From a virus (lineage: Duplodnaviria > Heunggongvirae > Uroviricota > Caudoviricetes), in IMG/VR virus record IMGVR_UViG_2778261152_000005, positions 1 to 57,958 of that record: 57,958 nt of DNA, one strand, 5' to 3'. Below, one piece after another: positions 52,231 to 57,958 of this stretch. The notes under the pieces were generated by a model. It made no database searches and was not told where the DNA came from. It was given only the letters and a program-made list of their open reading frames with translations. The number at the start of each line of letters is the position of its first letter. The first letter of the stretch is position 1. The translations under genes were made by a program, and so were the position numbers.

Positions 52231-55200
52231 TTGTTAATGACAAATAAAAAAAATTTGAGTAATCCTTTTTCTACAGGCGGAGGCGGTGTTCATTTTGAAG
52301 CACATGTCCAAGCGTCTTTTGTTGCTCTAATGCTAACAGGCGGTAATGCACCTTGTCTTCCTTGTTGGCCCATAGTGGAGATAAATCTCCAGGGCAAGAT
52401 TGATGGTTTTGATACCGACGACTTGATCGTCGTTGTTAAAGATTTCAACAGCAATGAAAAACGGAAGCTATTAGGACAAATAAAGCATTCTATTTCATTT
52501 ACGCAAGGTAATGCGATACTTGGGGAAGTTATACAGGCTGCTTGGAACGATTTCAACAATCCTGACTTGTTTACCAAGAACAAGGATGTTATTGCACTGA
52601 TCACCGGTCCGCTCAGTTCGACCGATACACACAATGTGCTCTGGTTATTGAATCAGGCTAGACACACAAAAACAGTCGATGAATTTTTGAGGAACGTTCA
52701 AAAAGCCAAGTTCAGCCCGCCTAAAAGTACTGAGAAACTGGAGGCCATCCAGTTTCATCTGAAGATGGCAAACAGTGGGAACGATTTAACAAACGATGAG
52801 CTTTATGACTTTTTGAACCATTTCCATTTACTAGGGTACGATCTGGGTAATGAATCAGGCGTCGTCCTTTCTTTGCTGCACTCCCACATAGCGCAATTCC
52901 ATCAACAGTATCCTCAGTGGGTTTGGTCGCGGATAGTTGATATCGTACAAACTTGGAATAAAGATGCTGGCACTATCATTTCAAGTAAGCTACCTGAAGA
53001 TCTTTTAGATGTTTTCAAACAAAGGGTTATTGCTGAAATACCTGAGAAGTTGAGGTTAGTACAACCGGTAGTCAAAACCGACTGGACTCACCACCCAGAT
53101 GCCTCTTATTTAGCCTTAGCAGTGTTGATTGGGCAATGGAATGATAAAAATGAGTGTGACCGAAATGTACTAACCCAATTGCTTGGTATCAGCTATGACG
53201 AATGGCTAAGGAAGGCTCGAGAGATTTTACATAGCCCAGACAGTCCTTTGTCCCTAAAAAACGGCATTTGGAAAGTAACAAATCGAATGGAGCTATGGAG
53301 TCTTCTTGGATCCCGCATTTTTGATCAGAATCTTGAATTGTTTAAGTCTTCCGCGATTTCCGTACTCAAAGAGCCAGACCCTGCTTTCGAATTACCTGCT
53401 GAAGAGCGTTACGCTGCTAGTATTCATGGTAAGGTGCTGAAGTTTTCATCCACGCTGCGACAAGGTATAGCAGAGGGTTTAGCCATAATCGGGAGTCGGC
53501 CAGAGGTTTGCGTTAACTGCTCTCAGGGGAATGCTGAAACTTCCGTTAACGTCGCAATACATACAATTTTGACTGATGCAAACTGGGTTTTATGGGGTAG
53601 CCTAAACGGTTTGCTACCAACTTTGGCTGAAGCAGCTCCTGCAAAATTTCTTGATGCAGTTGAGAAGGCAATGCGTCAGACTCCTTGTGTATTTGATGAG
53701 CTTTTTTCTCAAGAAGTAAATGGTATCACTGGTGGTAATTATCTGACAGGACTGCTATGGGCTCTAGAAGAATTAGCCTGGGATGAGCAATACCTAGTAC
53801 GCGTCTGTGTTGTACTGGCCGAACTTGCCAGCCACGATCCTGGGGGCAAGTGGGCTAATCGACCATCTAACTCGCTTACTACTATATTATTACCGTGGTT
53901 TCCGCAAACGCTGGCATCTATAGAAAAACGAAAAGTTGCAGTCAACGTCATCTTGCAGGAATGGCCTGACATTGCCTGGAATTTACTCGTCCAGCTTCTA
54001 CCCGGTCACCATCAAACCTCTTCTGGGTCACACAAGCCCTCTTGGCGCCGAATAATCCCAGATGATTGGGAAAGCAAAGTGACTAATCAGGATTACTGGT
54101 TGCAGACATCTTTTTATGCTGAGCTTGCCGTCAAAAACGCCGGAGAAGATATCGAACGCCTTACCTTGTTGATTGATAATTTTGATAGCCTTCCATCTCC
54201 TGCTTTCGAACATCTTCTTAAGCACCTCTCTTCGGAAACAATTAATTGTCTTAATGAAGAGCAGCGAGTTGTAATTTGGGATCATCTTCATCGATTCGCA
54301 AATAAACATCGGCGATTCTCTAATGCTAATTGGGCTTTACCTGATGATCTGCTGACCAAAATCGAAAATGTTGCCGAGCAACTGGCACCTACCAATCCAT
54401 TCAACTTATATCAGCACCTTTTTTCAAATCGAGATTTTGATCTTTACTTAGAAAATGGCGATTGGGAAGAACGGAGAAATAAACTCGAATCAAGGCGCGA
54501 ATCCGCAATATCAGAAATTCTTAGGCAAGATGGCGCAGAAGGCGTTATTCGATTTGCAGATCACGTTTCTGCGCCCCATCAAATAGGAAGTGTACTCGGC
54601 ACTATCAACGATGATGTGTTCGAAAAACTTCTTTTGCCCCGTTTCCTCAATACAAAAGAAAATAAGTATAAGGCATTGGTAAGCGCTTTTATTTGGAAGC
54701 GTTTCTATCTCAAAGGCTGGGAGTGGTTCGACAATCTGGATAAAGCTGACTGGACTCCTGAACAGTTAGGCCAATTCTTTGCTTATCTGCCTTTTAACAA
54801 GGAGACCTGGACCCGAATCTCTCATTATCCTCAAGCTTCCGAGAACGAATATTGGGCTCGCACCGATGCAAATCCTGACCTGGGTGAAGGTGATCTTACT
54901 AGTGCCATCGATAAGCTGATTGATCATGGCAGACCACTTGCGGCAATCAATTGCCTGTGCAGGATGCATCAGACAAAGCAGCCAATCGATACTGAACAGT
55001 GTATCCGCGCTTTGCTTGCTGCCACTTCAACTAACGAATCTAGCTCCAACATGGATGGTTACAACATAACTACCCTTATCCAATTTCTTCAGACTGATCC
55101 CAAAGTGAATCCGGATAATCTTTTTCAGATCGAGTGGGCTTACCTTCCATTGCTCGATGGTCACCAAGATGCTGTGCCTAAGTTCCTTGAGAATAAAATG

Positions 55201-55779
55201 GCTAATGATCCAGAATTTTTCTGCGAAGTAATCCAACTCATTTATCGTTCTGACAAAGAAGACAATATGACAAGTGAACCAACAGATGAATTGAAAGCAA
55301 TCGCAAAAAATGCCTGGACTCTTTTGTACAACTGGAAGACACCGCCAGGAAGCCAATCAAATGGGACGTTCAACGGAGAACGCTTTACTGAATGGCTTCA
55401 GAAAGTTAAGGAGGGTTCTACGGCATCAGGTCACCTGGACGTTGCACTCAGCAAAGTTGGTGAAGTCTTGATTTATACTCCCTCCGATCCGAATGGCTTG
55501 TGGATAAACCGAGAGGTCGCAGCTGCTCTCAACGATCGAGATGCTGAGAGTATGCGCAGGGGCTACATGACAGGAGCCTACAACTCACGAGGTGTTTATT
55601 GTGTTGATCCAACAGGAAAACCTGAGAGAGAGCTAGCTGACCAGTTCCGGGCAAAAGCAGAAGAAGTGGAAAACGCTGGTTTTCAGCGATTCGCCGTTAC
55701 CTTAAGAGATTTAGCGGTTGGCTATGACCACGAAGCTGCACAGGTTATCAGCAATCTAAATATTGGAGAGGATGATTAA
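52231..55779 (+). CDS. orphan 1182-aa protein: PD-(D/E)xK-like N-terminal module plus a ~950-aa helical region; function unknown (candidate defence gene)
   Basis: A single uninterrupted ORF, with an ATG at 52237 or a TTG at 52231. There are no co-oriented neighbours within 300 nt on either side. It is AT-richer than prophage B. N-terminal motifs are GGGGVHFE (16-23), E50, D63-D64-LIVVV and Q83-I-K85. No Walker A/B motif occurs anywhere. Confidence 0.8.
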   Translation: MLMTNKKNLSNPFSTGGGGVHFEAHVQASFVALMLTGGNAPCLPCWPIVEINLQGKIDGFDTDDLIVVVKDFNSNEKRKLLGQIKHSISFTQGNAILGEVIQAAWNDFNNPDLFTKNKDVIALITGPLSSTDTHNVLWLLNQARHTKTVDEFLRNVQKAKFSPPKSTEKLEAIQFHLKMANSGNDLTNDELYDFLNHFHLLGYDLGNESGVVLSLLHSHIAQFHQQYPQWVWSRIVDIVQTWNKDAGTIISSKLPEDLLDVFKQRVIAEIPEKLRLVQPVVKTDWTHHPDASYLALAVLIGQWNDKNECDRNVLTQLLGISYDEWLRKAREILHSPDSPLSLKNGIWKVTNRMELWSLLGSRIFDQNLELFKSSAISVLKEPDPAFELPAEERYAASIHGKVLKFSSTLRQGIAEGLAIIGSRPEVCVNCSQGNAETSVNVAIHTILTDANWVLWGSLNGLLPTLAEAAPAKFLDAVEKAMRQTPCVFDELFSQEVNGITGGNYLTGLLWALEELAWDEQYLVRVCVVLAELASHDPGGKWANRPSNSLTTILLPWFPQTLASIEKRKVAVNVILQEWPDIAWNLLVQLLPGHHQTSSGSHKPSWRRIIPDDWESKVTNQDYWLQTSFYAELAVKNAGEDIERLTLLIDNFDSLPSPAFEHLLKHLSSETINCLNEEQRVVIWDHLHRFANKHRRFSNANWALPDDLLTKIENVAEQLAPTNPFNLYQHLFSNRDFDLYLENGDWEERRNKLESRRESAISEILRQDGAEGVIRFADHVSAPHQIGSVLGTINDDVFEKLLLPRFLNTKENKYKALVSAFIWKRFYLKGWEWFDNLDKADWTPEQLGQFFAYLPFNKETWTRISHYPQASENEYWARTDANPDLGEGDLTSAIDKLIDHGRPLAAINCLCRMHQTKQPIDTEQCIRALLAATSTNESSSNMDGYNITTLIQFLQTDPKVNPDNLFQIEWAYLPLLDGHQDAVPKFLENKMANDPEFFCEVIQLIYRSDKEDNMTSEPTDELKAIAKNAWTLLYNWKTPPGSQSNGTFNGERFTEWLQKVKEGSTASGHLDVALSKVGEVLIYTPSDPNGLWINREVAAALNDRDAESMRRGYMTGAYNSRGVYCVDPTGKPERELADQFRAKAEEVENAGFQRFAVTLRDLAVGYDHEAAQVISNLNIGEDD

Positions 55780-56125
55780 TCTAAACACCTAAATGTGGAG
55801 AAACTGGCTGTCAATCGATGTTCCTGTCACAGACAGCCAAGTTTTAGTTATTCGCTGATCTGCACTTAGTTGATGAATATAAACTCATCTTAGCAACGTA
55901 CCTCTCCCTCTTGATTAAAGGTAGCGTACATCGCCCCGTTGAACTCACAGTACTAACAGTCCTCGTGACAGTGGTTATCTGTGATGTAGAGTCTGTGGAG
56001 GCGGTTCAAATCCTCTCAGGCAAAAATATGTAAAATCGGTAGCAGCTGGAAATCATTCAATACTCGCACTATCGAAAGTTAGACAGCCAGCCGTGGCTCG
56101 TGCTTGCATACGACGTGCTGCGGTT

Positions 56126-56257
56126 TCATTTATCTCCGACCGGAAACTTCTTATACAGAGTCGATACGCCAACATCATAGATGATCGCCACCTTCTGGCG
56201 AGAAACTCCTGATGCAATTTGTCGTCCGGCCTGTGCCTATTGCTCCGGCGTGAGAGT
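56126..56257 (-). pseudogene. C-terminal HTH remnant of a Pin/Hin-type DNA invertase
   Basis: The minus strand reads TLTPEQ*AQAGRQIASGVSRQKVAIIYDVGVSTLYKKFPVGDK*. It has an in-frame TAG (56237-56239), and the catalytic N-terminal domain is absent. Confidence 0.7.
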
Positions 56258-56338
56258 AATACAGTAAACTGTAGAAAAAGCCCATTAAACCTAATATAAT
56301 AATAAGTTACAGAATTATCTTTACTGAATAATAGATAT

Positions 56339-56884
56339 ATGAATATTAGTGAACTTAAAAAGTGTATACACTATGAAGTAATAGGTTGTAAACGCCCTTT
56401 CTCCTGGCGAAAAGCAATTGTTCGCGCAATAAAACACAGAAGATCACGTTATTTATTTTGGTGGCGCGTAGCAAAATATCTTTTTGATAAAGGCGGATAC
56501 CGGCGAAAGATTGCAGGAAAAATAGAACGCTTCATTCTTGATAAATACAATGTAACCGTTCCCTTAACTGTAAATATTGGTAAAGGGTTCGACATATCTT
56601 ATCTCAATGGCGTTGTTATCGGTCACAAAGTTACAATAGGTGAAAATTGTTCAATTAAGCCTGGGGTAACTATTGGACTTCGCGGTGAATTTAATGATAT
56701 GGATATTGTCATAGGAAATAATGTAACCATTGGCTGTAACGCCACCATCCTTGGTGGCAAAGTGCATATAGGGAATAATGTAAAAATAGGAGCTCATGCA
56801 TTGGTACTGCATGACATTCCTGATGACTCCACATTCATTACCAAATTTCACTCTGAAATTATTTATAATTCATCTCACACATAA
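56339..56884 (+). CDS. hexapeptide-repeat (left-handed beta-helix) O-acetyltransferase, moron
   Basis: 181 aa with repeated [LIV]-G-x4 hexapeptides (…VVIGHKVTIGENCSIKPGVTIG…IVIGNNVTIGCNATILGGKVHIGNNVKIGAHALV…). It is very AT-rich and sits between the invertase remnant and tfa. Confidence 0.8.
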   Translation: MNISELKKCIHYEVIGCKRPFSWRKAIVRAIKHRRSRYLFWWRVAKYLFDKGGYRRKIAGKIERFILDKYNVTVPLTVNIGKGFDISYLNGVVIGHKVTIGENCSIKPGVTIGLRGEFNDMDIVIGNNVTIGCNATILGGKVHIGNNVKIGAHALVLHDIPDDSTFITKFHSEIIYNSSHT

Positions 56885-56894
56885 TTCCGTTTAA

Positions 56895-57467
56895 TCACAG
56901 CTCAGGCCATACGATATCCGGGGCTGTATTTATATCAATCCGACTCACTAATACCCGGTATTTTTTCCAGGAAGATAGCATCGAGACCTCCTCATCAGTT
57001 GCCATTTCAAAATTAACAGCATCCTGCAGAATTGTTATGTTATCAGTCGCTTCCTGGATTAATCTTGTCTTTTTCTCTTCCGCCTCCCGGATCCGGAAGA
57101 GTTTTTCTGCTTCCGTATCCTTCACCCAGGCTGTGCCGTTCCACTTCTGAAACTCCCCTCCCGGCGACAACCAGGTGACATTTTCCGGTAATGGGCCAAG
57201 TTCAGAAATAAATAACGCGTCGCCGGAAGCCACGTCATAGACGGTTTTACCCCGATGGTCTTCAACGAGATGCCACGATGCCTCATCACTGTTGAAAACA
57301 GCCACAAAGCCAGCAGGAATATCTGGCGGTGCAATATCGGTACTGTTTGCTGGCAGACCTGTATGAGGTGGAATATATGCGTCACCGTCACCAATAAATT
57401 CATTAGTTCCGGCCAGCAGATTATAAATTTTGATGGTTCGTGATTGTTCACTCATTCTGAATGCCAT
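56895..57467 (-). CDS. tfa: tail fibre assembly protein (lambda Tfa type)
   Basis: 190 aa: [78 protein letters not shown]…. The N-terminal two-thirds are near-identical to lambda Tfa as I recall it. Confidence 0.9.
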   Translation of the reverse strand: MAFRMSEQSRTIKIYNLLAGTNEFIGDGDAYIPPHTGLPANSTDIAPPDIPAGFVAVFNSDEASWHLVEDHRGKTVYDVASGDALFISELGPLPENVTWLSPGGEFQKWNGTAWVKDTEAEKLFRIREAEEKKTRLIQEATDNITILQDAVNFEMATDEEVSMLSSWKKYRVLVSRIDINTAPDIVWPEL

Positions 57468-57958
57468 TATGCAAGCCTCACAATATAGTTAAATGCGATG
57501 TTTTTGACGGTGTTTTCCGCGTTACCAGCAGCGTTAACGGTGATGGTGTGTCCATGTGAGCCAATCGCAACGGAGTGCGTATGAGCACCAATACCCACAG
57601 TATGTGTATGCGCCCCAGCACTTGCTGCAGTACCTGATACTGAGTGGGTATGCGCGCCAGCAGAATTCGTTGCACCTAAGTGAGTTTGAGCAGAGTTCGA
57701 CGAAGCTACTCTACCGGAGCTAACGTTAGCATTATCCCCCTGAGATATCGGATGCGTATGTGCACCTGCTGAAGCTGCTGTTCCGCTAACGCTATGGGTA
57801 TGCGCACCAGTGTTATTCGTAGATTTAGTTCCATAATCAAACGATGATGTGTTTTTTGTCCCTAAATCTGTATTTGAAGCACTGGCGCTGTGGGTGTGCG
57901 ATTTAATGCCGTCCTGTTCCTGAGACAATACGGCACGACCACTGGCGGGCTTGCCCTT
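57467..57958 (-). CDS. stf: side tail fibre protein (lambda Stf / StfR type), C-terminal part; 5' end lies outside the window
   Basis: The frame is open to the window edge. The sequence is …[27 protein letters not shown]…[19 protein letters not shown]…[31 protein letters not shown], with characteristic His-x-His repeats. An ATGA-type overlap joins it to tfa. Confidence 0.9.
   Translation of the reverse strand, partial: KGKPASGRAVLSQEQDGIKSHTHSASASNTDLGTKNTSSFDYGTKSTNNTGAHTHSVSGTAASAGAHTHPISQGDNANVSSGRVASSNSAQTHLGATNSAGAHTHSVSGTAASAGAHTHTVGIGAHTHSVAIGSHGHTITVNAAGNAENTVKNIAFNYIVRLA

Noticed and set aside
55996-56020. ggaggcggttcaaatcctctcaggc, which contains a tRNA T-loop-like GGTTCAAATCC
   Set aside because: The flanking bases do not form a 5-bp T-stem. 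No complementary acceptor stem, D-arm or anticodon arm could be drawn in the preceding 80 nt. It is at best a tiny tRNA or att fragment.

Overview
E. coli-type chromosome at the thrW (tRNA-Thr) integration hotspot. The left 2.7 kb is core genome: the 3' part of paoC, then paoD, then the chimeric yagP scar. The rest is a composite island. It is marked by three minus-strand copies of the thrW 3' end, at 2844-2873, 15535-15564 and 50710-50755.

(A) 2844-15564 is an AT-rich 12.7-kb integrative element bounded by 30-bp direct repeats. It carries a tyrosine integrase and a very reduced virion-like gene set (decoration-like, capsid-like, tape-measure-like and tail-like proteins). It also has an iteron origin with a wHTH Rep-like gene, and a serine recombinase preceded by res-like sites. 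About 4 kb of it is highly structured non-coding DNA. It is a candidate satellite or integrated phage-plasmid.

(B) 15535-50755 is a ~35-kb GC-rich temperate podovirus prophage. Its virion module is in T7/BPP-1 order: portal, scaffold, capsid, tubular A and B, internal virion proteins, terminase, tailspike. It also carries a SAR-endolysin lysis cassette, an O-antigen acyltransferase moron and an S24 repressor/Cro switch. Its replication block has a PolA polymerase, a Cas4-like nuclease, DUF2815, VRR-NUC, a methyltransferase and an SNF2 helicase. The primase-helicase gene is frameshifted. A P4-type integrase sits at the right end.

(C) 50756-57958 holds a transposase scar cut by IS1 and an isolated 1182-aa orphan protein (nuclease-like N-terminus plus a long helical region). 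It also holds a DNA-invertase remnant, a hexapeptide acetyltransferase, and lambda-type tfa/stf tail-fibre genes running off the window.

The best candidates for something new are the orphan 1182-aa gene, element A as a whole, and a 16-bp perfect palindrome repeated five times ahead of the late-gene blocks of prophage B. No CRISPR array, rRNA or intact tRNA was seen. All homology statements come from reading the translations, not from database searches.
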